64,000 nt of DNA from Actinomycetota bacterium (lineage in GTDB: Bacteria; Actinomycetota; Geothermincolia; Fen-727; Anoxymicrobiaceae), in NCBI GenBank assembly GCA_018896525.1, contig JAHIMR010000011.1, positions 68 through 64,067 of the forward strand, written 5' to 3'. The first letter of the stretch is position 1. Every line of letters starts with the position of its first letter. Positions 39,368 to 49,592 of the stretch are shown piece by piece. The position numbers and the translations under genes are program-made. The notes below the pieces were generated by a model, which had not been told where the DNA came from, did not search any database, and was given only the letters and a program-made list of their open reading frames with translations.

Positions 39368-40714
39368 CTACATAAGCAGCGTTCCGATTCCAAGGTAGAT
39401 GGCAAGGCTCAGCACGTCCATAATCGTCCCCAACAGTGGTCCGGAAACCGCCCCGGGATCCCGGTTCAACGCTCTAAATATTATCGGCAGCGCGCATCCC
39501 ACCAGCGACGCCGCGATTACGGTAAGGGCAAGCGAGAGCCCGACCACCACGCCGACGGATGCTCCGAGATCCAACAGGAAACTCAACGCGGCGACAAGCC
39601 CACCGGTCAACAACCCCACCAGGACTCCCCAGATGACCTCACCAATGACCGCCTTTGCCGCCGTTCTCTGGAGCGGCAACCCGGAGGCCAGCCAGCGCCC
39701 AACCACCGTCGAGGATTGCACCGCGATGTTGCCGCCCATGATAACAAGCAGCGGTATAAAGAAAACGAGCACCATGAACTTCGAGAACACGGGCGAGTAC
39801 GTCTTGAGGATGCCGCCCACCAGCAGCATCTCTATGGCCACCGTGAGCACGAACCACGTAACGCGCCGTCCCAGGCCCGCGAACAGGCCTCCGGAAGGCT
39901 CTTCCTCCAAGCCGGTCGCCCCCGCGAACCGCATTATGTCCTCTTCGACCTCGTCGCCTATCACGTCCATGACGTCGTCAACCGTGACGATGCCCAGCAT
40001 GCGCCCAATATCGTCGGTTACCGGTACCGCCAGGAGGTCATACTTGCTGATGACCTCCGCCACTTCCTCCTGGTCGGTGTCGGGGGGCACCGTGATCACC
40101 TCGGGCCTGATCATCTCGCTGACGCACCTGCCTGGTGGTGACAGTATCAGCTCTCGCAAAGAAAGCACGCCTCCAAGCCGACCCTCACCCGAAGTGACGT
40201 ATACGTAGTAGATTGTTTCGACCTCCGGTGAAACATCCCGCAGGAGCCGTATCACCTCCTCTGCCGTCGCCTCTGGCGACACGGATATGTACTCGGGGGT
40301 CATCAAGCCGCCCGCGGTATCATCGCTGTAGGTTAAAAGCCGCTCGAGTTCTTCCGCCTCCTCACGCCCGAACAGCCTCAGCACTGTTTCACGACGGGAC
40401 TCGGGGATATCACCCAGCAGGTCGACCGCCTCGTCAACCGGCATGCTCTCCAGCAGGCCGCGTAGCTCACCCGCTCCCAATCGCTGGGCAACCTCTACCT
40501 GGTGCGCTTCGTCCATCTCGAACATGGCGCGCGCGGCCGCGCGCGGCTCCATCTCCAGGAGGACCTCCACCTCGCAGGTGATCTTCAGACCGGAGAGCAC
40601 CTCGGCGGTGTCCGCCGAGTGAAGATCGGCGACCGTTCTGACCGCCTGCCGTACATCGCCGCGGTCAAGCATGTCGCGAACCGTTTCCAGGATTACCTTG
40701 TTATGCCGCTCCAT
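39368..40714 (-). CDS. mgtE: Magnesium transporter MgtE
   Basis: TAGGLMTPEY, CBS pair, GIVTVDD, MGGN and GPLLGTIMD. Confidence 0.93.
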   Translation of the reverse strand: MERHNKVILETVRDMLDRGDVRQAVRTVADLHSADTAEVLSGLKITCEVEVLLEMEPRAAARAMFEMDEAHQVEVAQRLGAGELRGLLESMPVDEAVDLLGDIPESRRETVLRLFGREEAEELERLLTYSDDTAGGLMTPEYISVSPEATAEEVIRLLRDVSPEVETIYYVYVTSGEGRLGGVLSLRELILSPPGRCVSEMIRPEVITVPPDTDQEEVAEVISKYDLLAVPVTDDIGRMLGIVTVDDVMDVIGDEVEEDIMRFAGATGLEEEPSGGLFAGLGRRVTWFVLTVAIEMLLVGGILKTYSPVFSKFMVLVFFIPLLVIMGGNIAVQSSTVVGRWLASGLPLQRTAAKAVIGEVIWGVLVGLLTGGLVAALSFLLDLGASVGVVVGLSLALTVIAASLVGCALPIIFRALNRDPGAVSGPLLGTIMDVLSLAIYLGIGTLLM

Positions 40715-40725
40715 TCACTACACCA

Positions 40726-41625
40726 TCACTCGTACTCGAGCCTTCTAATGAACTCCGGGTTCTTGGACCAGTTCTTCTCCACTTTCACCCTGAGCATCAG
40801 GAACACCTTGCTACCGACTATCGGCTCTATCTCCTGCCTGGCCCTGGTGCCGATCTCCTTTATCAAGCGGCCGCCCTTGCCTATTACGATGCCCTTCTGC
40901 GACTCGCGCTCCACGTATATTACCGCTTCGATATCGACAATCCTCCCGTCCTCCCTGGGCCTTATTTCGTCCACTGTCACGGCAACGCTGTGGGGGACCT
41001 CGTCCCTTGTGAGCTCCAGCGCCTTCTCCCTTATCAGCTCCCCTATCAGGACCTTCTCGGGCTGATCGCTCACCGTCTCGGTGGGAAAGTACCGCGGGCC
41101 CTCCGGCAGATACCCGGCAAGTATCTCCATTAACCGCTTGACGTTGGCGCCGCACTTCGATGAAACCGGGACCACCGCCACGAACGGAAACAGATGTCGC
41201 GCTACCTCCACCTGTGAATCGACCTTGCCCTCGTCAAGCAGGTCCGTCTTGTTCACCACTCCCACAACCGGCGTTTCCACGCTCCCCAGCTCGCCGGCGA
41301 TAAACACGTCGCCCCGGCCAATGGTGGTCGCCCCGTCGAGCACGAACACGATAACGTCCACGTCCTTCATGGTCGAGCGGACCATGGCGTTCATCTTCTC
41401 CCCCAGCGCCTCCCGCGGCTTATGGAAACCGGGCGTGTCGACAAAGATGAGCTGCGCCTCAGGCGTCGTGACCACCGCGCGAATCCTGTTCCTGGTTGTC
41501 TGGGGCCTCTCCGAGGTTATGGCTAGCTTTCTGCCGACGAGGCTGTTGAGCAGCGTGGACTTGCCTACGTTGGGCCGACCGATTATCCCGATGAATCCGG
41601 ACAGGTGCCCCTCTTCTACATCCAA
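40726..41625 (-). CDS. era: GTPase Era
   Basis: GRPNVGKS, PQTTR, DTPG, NKTD and the KH motif VIGKGG. Confidence 0.96.
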   Translation of the reverse strand: MDVEEGHLSGFIGIIGRPNVGKSTLLNSLVGRKLAITSERPQTTRNRIRAVVTTPEAQLIFVDTPGFHKPREALGEKMNAMVRSTMKDVDVIVFVLDGATTIGRGDVFIAGELGSVETPVVGVVNKTDLLDEGKVDSQVEVARHLFPFVAVVPVSSKCGANVKRLMEILAGYLPEGPRYFPTETVSDQPEKVLIGELIREKALELTRDEVPHSVAVTVDEIRPREDGRIVDIEAVIYVERESQKGIVIGKGGRLIKEIGTRARQEIEPIVGSKVFLMLRVKVEKNWSKNPEFIRRLEYE

Positions 41626-41677
41626 ATCAATCAGCCCGCCCCTCGTGTAGTGAATCGAACGTTACTCGGGTTGCCAC

Positions 41678-42844
41678 TCAAGATCCCGCGGTGAACCGGT
41701 GTATACCGATGTTCAGCAGCAGTCCGACACAAAAGAAGCTAATAATAAGGGAGCTACCCCCGTAGCTTATGAACGGTAACGTAATCCCGGTGACCGGCAT
41801 TATCCCAATGGTCATCCCCACGTTCACTATCATCTGGAAGATAAACATCACTATGATGCCCACCGCAACCATTGTACCGAACGAATCACGCGCTGTTAAC
41901 GCTATCTTGAACGCCCTCCATATCAGGATAGCGAAAAGCGCCAGCAGGAAGATCGCCCCCAGGAAACCCAGCTCCTCGCCTACCACCGAGAAGATGAAAT
42001 CGGTGTGATGGGCCGGTATGAACTTGAGGTTGGTCTGAGTCCCGTGGAAGAGACCTTTCCCCACCAGTTGGCCGGAGCCGATGGCGATCTTTGACTGCAT
42101 GAGGTTGTATCCTGCTTGCATCGGGTCCATGTCGGGCTTTATGAACACCAGGAGCCTGTTGAGCTGGTAGGTCTTGAGAAGCCCCAACTGTATAGTCGCG
42201 GCGATCACCGCCAGCGTCCCCGCACCCAGCGCCACCATCTGCCTGGCGCGCGCTCCTCCCACCAACAGCATTCCGACCAGTATCACGAAGATCGACAGCG
42301 TTATCCCCAGGTCCGGCTCTATGAAGATCAACACCATCGGGAGCCCGGCAATCCCCAGCGCCCTCAGGAACTCCGTGTTGGACCCAATCTCCATCCGTCT
42401 GTCCGCCATGAAAGTCGCCAGGGTCAGGATGACCGCCAGCTTGGCCAGTTCCGACGGCTGGAAATCAAAGAAGCCCAGTGATATCCACCGGTGGGCTCCG
42501 CTCACCGCCGGGAACAGAAAAACGATAAGAAGCAGGAAGAGTGTTACTACGTAGATTATCTTTGAGTAAGGCATGATCTTGCGATAATCAAAGCTGGCGC
42601 CGAGAGCCATCACCACCAGCGCGAGCACCACGAACATCAACTGGCGCTTCAGGTAGTACGTAGAGGGAACATCCGCGCGCGTCGCGCTGTATATCATCAA
42701 CGTTCCGAACGCGGCAAGCGCCAGCGCGCAGAGGAGAAGCGGCTTGTCCAGGGCGCGCGGTGGAAAACGCTTGAGCACCTTCTCCCCGGTCTTTTCCCGG
42801 ACCATGCCCGGCGAGAAATCCGTGGCTCCCTTACGATGCATCAT
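41678..42844 (-). CDS. rodA: Rod shape-determining protein RodA
   Basis: QPSELAK, EPDLG, HTDFIFSVVGEELG and PVTGITLPFISYGGSS. Confidence 0.93.
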   Translation of the reverse strand: MMHRKGATDFSPGMVREKTGEKVLKRFPPRALDKPLLLCALALAAFGTLMIYSATRADVPSTYYLKRQLMFVVLALVVMALGASFDYRKIMPYSKIIYVVTLFLLLIVFLFPAVSGAHRWISLGFFDFQPSELAKLAVILTLATFMADRRMEIGSNTEFLRALGIAGLPMVLIFIEPDLGITLSIFVILVGMLLVGGARARQMVALGAGTLAVIAATIQLGLLKTYQLNRLLVFIKPDMDPMQAGYNLMQSKIAIGSGQLVGKGLFHGTQTNLKFIPAHHTDFIFSVVGEELGFLGAIFLLALFAILIWRAFKIALTARDSFGTMVAVGIIVMFIFQMIVNVGMTIGIMPVTGITLPFISYGGSSLIISFFCVGLLLNIGIHRFTAGS

Positions 42845-42847
42845 GAC

Positions 42848-44806
42848 TTAGTCACCTACACTAGGCTGTATCTCACCAGCCGGTGGCAGGTGGAAGAGCC
42901 CCTCCAGGATACGGCGGGCCGCCGGGGCCGCCGTCTCTCCCCCGTGACCGCCCTGCTCGATAACCACGGCAACCACGTACTGAGGATCGTTTGCCGGCGC
43001 GTAGCATACGAACCACGACGCGGGCTGCTTCCCCACGACCTCCGCGGTCCCGGTCTTGCCCGCCACCGGTATCTGCGCCAGGGGGAAACCCTCGAACGTC
43101 TTCGAGGCGGTACCCTTGCCCTTTACGACCCCCTGTAGCGCCTCGTTGATCTGGGCAAATATCTGGACATCAATCTCCAACTCAGCCACGGTTTCGATCT
43201 TGGCGGTGATTGACACCTCACCGTCACTGTCCTCGAGGTCTTTCATCACGTGGGGCTTGACGAACTTCCCCCCGTTGGCGATCCCCGCGAACACGTAAGC
43301 CATCTGGAGAGGGGTCGCCAGCAGGTCGCCCTGCCCGATAGCCATATTGACGGTGTCTCCCGGATACCAGACCTGGTACTCGGGATTGTCCCTGTTAAAC
43401 TCCCTCTTCCACTCGGGCGAGGGAACCCTGCCGTCCATCTCGCTGGTCAGGTCTATTCCGGTATGCATTCCAAGCCGAAAATCCCGGGCATACTCCCATA
43501 GCGGACGCCCCTCCTCTTTCAACTGCCGCTGGTAGAACGTATACCCGAGTTCGTAGAAGACTATGTCGCATGATTGCACTATCCCGTTAAAAAGGTTGAT
43601 GCGTCCGTGGGTGCTCCAGCAGTACTTCGGGTACTCTTCGAACGGGCCCTTGGTGAACACGTTCTTGCATTCAAACGGCGAGTTCATACTGTACGTCGCT
43701 TCCTGAATCGCGCCAATCGCGGTGACCGCCTTGAACGTGGAGGCAGGCGGCAGTTCGCTCATTATGGCGCGATTGTTCAAGGGGTACATATTCTTGGGAT
43801 TGTTCAGTTCCTTCCAGGCTTTCTCACTGATACCCCCCACGAACTCGTTGAGGTTGAACGTGGGATAACTGGCCATGGCGATTATCTCTCCGTTCCTGAG
43901 GTCCATCACCACCGCCGAGGCCCCGGTCGCCTCATACTCTCTAGCGGTCTCCGGATGGTAGCGGTTCCTGGCCAGGTCAACCTGCGCCTTTAGCGTGGCC
44001 TCTACCAGAGCCTGTATTTCCTGGTCGATGGTCATGCGGAGATTCAGCCCCGAACGCGGCTCCTTGCGTGATAGTTCCCGTATCGAGTTCCCCGACGCGT
44101 CAACCTCCAGCCGGTACTTCCCAACCTCGCCACGGAGTTCCTCGTCGTAGGTACTCTCCAGCCCGGAGATGCCGATCTCGTCACCGGCCACGTACCTCTC
44201 TCCCTTTTTCTCCTCGAGCATTTCCGGGGATATCTCGCCAAGGTAGCCGATTACGTGCGCGGCCAGTTCTTCGTAGGGGTACTCTCGTATCGGCCGGATG
44301 CCGGCAATAACCCCGGGAAACTCACGCTGGTGCTCCCTGACGTACGTTACGACGTCCTCACCCACATCGCTCTTGATGAGCACCACCCGCCTGTTAGGGG
44401 CCTGCGACTGCTCTATCCTGTACCGTATCTCCTTCTCTCCCATCCCCAGCAACCTGGAGAGCCGTTCGATGACCTTCTCATCCTTGCCGATCTCGGCCGG
44501 CACTACCGATATCGTAAGCGCGTTCCTGTTCTTCACCAGGACCGTGCCGTTGCGGTCGAGGATTCGGCCCCTCGGAGACTCGAGGGACATCTCCCGGATA
44601 CGGTTCCCTTCCGCCTTCTCGCAATACTCATCGCCGGAGACTATCTGCATGAACCAGAGCCGGGCAAACAGGATGACAAAGGCGGCGACAATCAGAATGC
44701 CAAGGATTGTCAGGCGCCGCTGCAACTTCTCCTGGACCGCGTCGGGGCGGTACTGTGTGGTCTCATTAGGATTAACTCTAATCCCTATTTTTCTCAGCAG
44801 TCTCAT
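42848..44806 (-). CDS. mrdA: Penicillin-binding protein 2
   Basis: PRGRILDRNG, STFK (SxxK), SCD and KTGT motifs. Lies in the mreBCD-rodA operon. Confidence 0.93.
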   Translation of the reverse strand: MRLLRKIGIRVNPNETTQYRPDAVQEKLQRRLTILGILIVAAFVILFARLWFMQIVSGDEYCEKAEGNRIREMSLESPRGRILDRNGTVLVKNRNALTISVVPAEIGKDEKVIERLSRLLGMGEKEIRYRIEQSQAPNRRVVLIKSDVGEDVVTYVREHQREFPGVIAGIRPIREYPYEELAAHVIGYLGEISPEMLEEKKGERYVAGDEIGISGLESTYDEELRGEVGKYRLEVDASGNSIRELSRKEPRSGLNLRMTIDQEIQALVEATLKAQVDLARNRYHPETAREYEATGASAVVMDLRNGEIIAMASYPTFNLNEFVGGISEKAWKELNNPKNMYPLNNRAIMSELPPASTFKAVTAIGAIQEATYSMNSPFECKNVFTKGPFEEYPKYCWSTHGRINLFNGIVQSCDIVFYELGYTFYQRQLKEEGRPLWEYARDFRLGMHTGIDLTSEMDGRVPSPEWKREFNRDNPEYQVWYPGDTVNMAIGQGDLLATPLQMAYVFAGIANGGKFVKPHVMKDLEDSDGEVSITAKIETVAELEIDVQIFAQINEALQGVVKGKGTASKTFEGFPLAQIPVAGKTGTAEVVGKQPASWFVCYAPANDPQYVVAVVIEQGGHGGETAAPAARRILEGLFHLPPAGEIQPSVGD

Positions 44807-44833
44807 CTCACCTCACCGGCTTTTCAACTTGGT

Positions 44834-45358
44834 TTACTCTCCACCGGACCTCAAGAGCGCTAGCGAATCACCCTGGCCGGGGAAACTGAACCTCCCCATA
44901 AGAGGATACACCACGAGGACTGCGAGCACGTCATATATAGCCGACGCCAGGATGACGTTTACCTGGAACGGAGGAAGCTTTTCCTGCCCCAGTATGATCA
45001 GCATCACTTGATGCATTACCGGATCCGCCACGCCGGCCAGAAACACCAGTATCACCGGCAGCAGTATCGAGTAGGTAACGAAAAAACCCTTGAGCGACCC
45101 GGCCAGGTAAGCGGTCACCGTCTTGGTCAGCGCACCCATTCCCATCACCAGTGGGCTCACCAGGTCCTGCAGCATCCCGCCGCAGAATCCGGCAACCGCG
45201 CCCTGGATAGGTCCGTCCTGAATCGCCACCACCACCGCCACCACCAGCAGGAGGTCCGGTTGAACACCCAAGAGCTTGAACTGTGGCATCACCGCCAACT
45301 GCAACAGAAAAGCCAGTGCCAATGCGCCGGCCACGAAGACCTGGCGTTTCCGGCTCAC
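44834..45358 (-). CDS. mreD: Rod shape-determining protein MreD
   Basis: Hydrophobic protein with PDLLL and G..QD. Positioned after mreC. Confidence 0.88.
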   Translation of the reverse strand: MSRKRQVFVAGALALAFLLQLAVMPQFKLLGVQPDLLLVVAVVVAIQDGPIQGAVAGFCGGMLQDLVSPLVMGMGALTKTVTAYLAGSLKGFFVTYSILLPVILVFLAGVADPVMHQVMLIILGQEKLPPFQVNVILASAIYDVLAVLVVYPLMGRFSFPGQGDSLALLRSGGE

Positions 45359-46215
45359 TGTGCCTCCTTCAGGATTACCGACTCAGGCTCAGGCGTGATT
45401 ATCACCAGCACCTTGTCGAGTTTCGAGAACTCGACGAACGGCTCGACCTCGACCAGGAGGGTAAGCCCTTTCTCACGCTTCTCAATCTCGCATATGGTCC
45501 CTATCGGTATATCCGGCGGGCATGTCCCTCCAAGCCCGCTGGTCTCAATAACGTCTCCCACCTTCATGTCCGCTTCGTCCGTCATAGGGACGAATCTTAT
45601 CGTGCTCCGGTTCCTGCCCTCCACCACTCCCGTCTCCCTGGAGCGCTGGTCCCGGGCGCCGACTGCTGAGCGGGAGTCGGTGATAAGCTGGACGACCGAT
45701 GAACGCGAGCCGACCGAGATTATCCTGCCCACCAGGAACCCCTCCCGGGTAACGACCGACATGTACTTCTTTACGCCGCTGGAAGACCCCGCGTTGACTA
45801 TCATCAGCCTCTGCCAGTTATCAGGGGATTGGCCGATGATGTCAGCCCCGACGTTCTTCATCTCCGGGTTTTTCTCGGACCAGTTCAAAAGCTCCTTGAG
45901 GTCCGCGACTTCCGCCTCTAGCTCTTTGGCTCCTATCTGCTTTCTCTTGAGGTCCGCGACTTCCCTGCGTAACTCCGCGTTCTCCCGGGAAAGAGACGGC
46001 AAGTGAAACAGGTTGATGAACCCGTCCTTTATCGGCCTGAGGATCTTTGCGAAACCGGAGCTTATCGGGGACACCAGGTCCAGGAAAATATCCTGCGTCT
46101 TATGCAGTGGGCCCTGATCGCTCTCCCTCACGTATAACGTTACGACCACAATGCATACGATTATAATCAGTATGAGGACCATGCGGCTTCTGTTGGCTCT
46201 GGGAACGGATGGCAT
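45355..46215 (-). CDS. mreC: Rod shape-determining protein MreC
   Basis: N-terminal TM, coiled coil (ENAELR), LVGRI and TSGLGG..P..IPIG. Confidence 0.92.
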   Translation of the reverse strand: MPSVPRANRSRMVLILIIIVCIVVVTLYVRESDQGPLHKTQDIFLDLVSPISSGFAKILRPIKDGFINLFHLPSLSRENAELRREVADLKRKQIGAKELEAEVADLKELLNWSEKNPEMKNVGADIIGQSPDNWQRLMIVNAGSSSGVKKYMSVVTREGFLVGRIISVGSRSSVVQLITDSRSAVGARDQRSRETGVVEGRNRSTIRFVPMTDEADMKVGDVIETSGLGGTCPPDIPIGTICEIEKREKGLTLLVEVEPFVEFSKLDKVLVIITPEPESVILKEAQ

Positions 46216-46237
46216 AACTTTAAGGATAGTTTTCGTA

Positions 46238-47284
46238 CTAACCCGCGGACGAGATTAACACCTTCTTCATGATATCGAATTCTTCCAGGCACTTGCCTGA
46301 ACCCATCGCCACACACAGGAGCGGGTCCTTGGCGATATGTACCGGCATGCCGGTCTCGTTCCGTATCCTCTCCTCCAGACCACGAAGGAGCGCCCCACCC
46401 CCGGCAAGGATGATTCCTTCATCCATGAGATCACTGGCAAGCTCAGGCGGAGTCCTGTCCAGGGCGTCCTTGACCGTCTGGACCACCTGGCATACCGGGT
46501 CATCGATGGCTACCCGTATCTCTTCGGCGGTAACGACCACGGTCTTGGGGAGTCCCGACGCGAGGTCTCTTCCCTTTATCTCGTCATCGTACTCATCTTC
46601 TCCGATCTTGAACGCCGACCCTATGCTCAACTTCAGGTTCTCCGCGGTCCTCTCCCCTATCATCAACTGGTAATCCTTCTTTATGCAACTGATAATCGCC
46701 TCGTCCATCTCGTCACCGCCCACCCGTATGGACTGGCTGGTGACGATGCCACCGAGTGATATTACCGCGACCTCGGTCGTGCCTCCTCCAATGTCGACGA
46801 CCATGTTTCCGATTGGTTCGTGTATCGGTAACCCGGCCCCGATCGCGGCCGCCATCGGCTCCTCGACTATGAACGCCGCGCGTGCCCCCGCCTGGATCGT
46901 CGCCTCCTCGACCGCCCTCTGCTCCACCCCGGTTATTCCGCTGGGAACCGCCACCACTACCCGTGGGCGGGCAAGGGATCTGCGCTGGTGCACCTTCTGA
47001 ATGAAGTAACGCAGCATCTTCTCGGTCACATCGAAGTCGGCGATGACCCCGTCCTTGAGCGGCCTTATCGCCACGATATGCGCCGGGGTGCGCCCCACCA
47101 TCCTCTTTGCCTCTTCGCCCACCGCAATAATAGCGTTGGTGATGCTGTTGACCGCGACCACCGACGGCTCGTTGAGCACGATTCCCTCGCCCTTGACATA
47201 GACAAGTGTGTTGGCGGTCCCCAGGTCAACCGCCATGTCCTTGCCAAACGCTCCGGTGCCAAACAATCTTGCGAAAAAGGACAC
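46238..47284 (-). CDS. mreB: Actin-like protein MreB
   Basis: [25 protein letters not shown] and GGGALL. Confidence 0.96.
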   Translation of the reverse strand: MSFFARLFGTGAFGKDMAVDLGTANTLVYVKGEGIVLNEPSVVAVNSITNAIIAVGEEAKRMVGRTPAHIVAIRPLKDGVIADFDVTEKMLRYFIQKVHQRRSLARPRVVVAVPSGITGVEQRAVEEATIQAGARAAFIVEEPMAAAIGAGLPIHEPIGNMVVDIGGGTTEVAVISLGGIVTSQSIRVGGDEMDEAIISCIKKDYQLMIGERTAENLKLSIGSAFKIGEDEYDDEIKGRDLASGLPKTVVVTAEEIRVAIDDPVCQVVQTVKDALDRTPPELASDLMDEGIILAGGGALLRGLEERIRNETGMPVHIAKDPLLCVAMGSGKCLEEFDIMKKVLISSAG

Positions 47285-47463
47285 TTTCCTTCTCTCTCTG
47301 GTCGTTCCCTGCTACTGTTACCGACATACGGCTACTGCCAACTCAAGACAACAATTATGCACAAACCAATGGGCAAAGTCACCCATTATGCTAACACATA
47401 ATTACTTATTCAACACCAGCATCAATACTTTACAAAAAACGAACCGCATTCCCCCACCCAAAC

Positions 47464-47755
47464 GGGGTCTGGCCCAGGCTGTTGTCGTTCGTTTCTCCCC
47501 TCAAGCGGATGTACGTAATGCAACAGCGGGCCTGACCCCCGGCCTATACGCGACAACGCCAGACAAACCTCGCCACCCCCGGGATGTTGCCGTTGCAACA
47601 TCCACCCAAGCCGACGTCTGTTATGCAACATCCCCAGGGCGTGACCCCTCCATCCCTAACAAACAACAACCACAAAATGCGCCAATGGTGCCAGGCACCA
47701 CTGGCGCATTCCGATGCCAGGGGAAACATTATGCAACAACCCGGGGCGTGCCCTC
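47464..47755 (-). repeat. Structured dispersed element, copy B, with extra RAYT-type repeat units
   Basis: 17-bp-arm palindrome at 47676-47710. Homologous to 33709-33945. 47516-47539 matches the reverse complement of 36891-36914 at 21/24. Confidence 0.8.
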
Positions 47756-47762
47756 AGGTGGT

Positions 47763-48194
47763 TCAGCCGCATCCATCGCTGAAGAACAGCGCGATCTCTC
47801 TTTCGGCGTTCTCCAGCGTGTCGGAGCCGTGTATGAGGTTCTTGGTGACGTTGGTGGCGAAATCACCCCGGATGGTGCCGGGCGCCGCCGTCAGGGGGTC
47901 GGTGTTGCCCATGAGATAGCGCAGGCCCCCCACGCAACCCTCGCCGGATATCACCGCTACGACCGCCGGCCCACTGGTTATGTACCTGATGAGCTTCTCG
48001 TAGAAAGGCTTCCCTTTGTGCTCGGCGTAATGGACCTCGGCCAGTTCCAGGTCGATGTTGATGGTCTTCATGCACTCTATGGTGTACCCCTTGCGCTCTA
48101 TCCTGGACAGGATGTCTCCCACCAGGCGACGGTCCACGCCGTCCGGCTTGACTATCAAGAGGGTCCGCTCGTGGTCAATCCGCTCAGAATCCAT
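47763..48194 (-). CDS. ndk: Nucleoside diphosphate kinase
   Basis: KPDGV, HY.EHKGKPF, PGTIRGDF and NLIHGSD. Confidence 0.96.
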   Translation of the reverse strand: MDSERIDHERTLLIVKPDGVDRRLVGDILSRIERKGYTIECMKTINIDLELAEVHYAEHKGKPFYEKLIRYITSGPAVVAVISGEGCVGGLRYLMGNTDPLTAAPGTIRGDFATNVTKNLIHGSDTLENAEREIALFFSDGCG

Positions 48195-48203
48195 CGTTAC
48201 TCC

Positions 48204-49544
48204 TTACCTGTCCTGCCTCATCTCTCGGGACGCCTTCTGGCGCCGGAAGTATATCCGGGCTTCCGAGACCGTATAAAGGGACCCGGTAACGCATATCATT
48301 CCATCCGGCCCGGCGATATTATACGCGAGTTTCATGGCCGCCGGGAACTTTGGCTCGACCTTGTGGGCGATGCGTTCCATCCGGCAGAAGCTTGCCAGCC
48401 GCTTGACGGGGGCCGAGCGCGCGCTCCGGTTTTCGGTCAACACAATCTCGTCGGCGATCGCCCCGAGTATCTTGAGCATACCCCTGGCGTCCTTGTCCTC
48501 CAGGATAGCCACCACTATCACCAGCCGCTCGTAATCAAACTCCCCGGTAAGGGATACCGCCAGCCGTTCCACACCCAGCACGTTGTGAGCGCCGTCGACC
48601 ACCACCATGGGGCTCTCATCCAGGATTTCAAGACGCCCCGGAACTGTGGTCTTCTCCAGGGCACGCCGGAACTTCTCGGGGTCGGTCCTCTCCCTGGGGT
48701 CGGTGTACACCTGTGCCGCCGCTATCGCGCAGGCGGCGTTTACCGCCTGGTGCTTGCCTATGACCGGCAGCTTTATGTCCTTGAACTTCTCCCCCTCGAG
48801 CCCTCGCACCGAGATGAACTGTGACGGCTCCTCCCCCGGCACGCGATACGGTACCATGTAATCCAGCCGGAAGTCCCTGCCGAAGACCTTCATCTCCGCG
48901 CTGACCTCTTCGCACCTGTCAGCCATCATCCCCAGCAGGCCTTCACTCGCCTCGGCGGTAACCAGGACCGTCCCCTCGTTGATGATTCCCACCTTTTCGG
49001 AGGCGATCTCCTCCCTGGTATGGCCCAGCTCGTTCACGTGGTCTATGCCTATGTTGGTTATCACCGCCACGTCACAGTCAACCACGTTGGTCGCGTCCCA
49101 ACGGCCGCCCATCCCGACCTCCAACACTACGATCTTGACGCCCGAACTCCGAAAGTACTCGTAGGCCATCGCTGTCACCACCTCAAAGTAGGTGAGGGGC
49201 TCACCGGCCTCCTCCTCAGCGCTCTCGATCAGTGGCTGTATCTCGACAAGCGTCTCCGAGAACCGGCTCGCCGGGATGAGGTGGCCGTTGATCGATATCC
49301 GCTCCCGGACGGTCTCCAGGTGCGGGGAGGTGAAGAGACCGACCTTGTAGCCACACTCCTGTAAGATGGCCGACACCATGCATGAAACGGATGTCTTGCC
49401 GTTGGTACCGGTCACCTGCACGGCATCGAATTCTTCCTGCGGGTTTCCCATAAGCCGGCAGACCGCCCGTATCCGGTCAAGGGACGGCTTTACCCCGAGC
49501 ACGACCTTGCCGTCCAGGTAATCCACCGCTTCAGAATACTTCAA
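48204..49544 (-). CDS. folC: Folylpolyglutamate synthase / dihydrofolate synthase
   Basis: TGTNGKTS, FTSPHL, EVGMGGRWDATNV, DGAHN and TGSLY. Confidence 0.95.
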   Translation of the reverse strand: MKYSEAVDYLDGKVVLGVKPSLDRIRAVCRLMGNPQEEFDAVQVTGTNGKTSVSCMVSAILQECGYKVGLFTSPHLETVRERISINGHLIPASRFSETLVEIQPLIESAEEEAGEPLTYFEVVTAMAYEYFRSSGVKIVVLEVGMGGRWDATNVVDCDVAVITNIGIDHVNELGHTREEIASEKVGIINEGTVLVTAEASEGLLGMMADRCEEVSAEMKVFGRDFRLDYMVPYRVPGEEPSQFISVRGLEGEKFKDIKLPVIGKHQAVNAACAIAAAQVYTDPRERTDPEKFRRALEKTTVPGRLEILDESPMVVVDGAHNVLGVERLAVSLTGEFDYERLVIVVAILEDKDARGMLKILGAIADEIVLTENRSARSAPVKRLASFCRMERIAHKVEPKFPAAMKLAYNIAGPDGMICVTGSLYTVSEARIYFRRQKASREMRQDR

Positions 49545-49592
49545 CCGACCTCCCCCATGAATGAGAATCGCCCGGCCATCATCATTAAGTAC

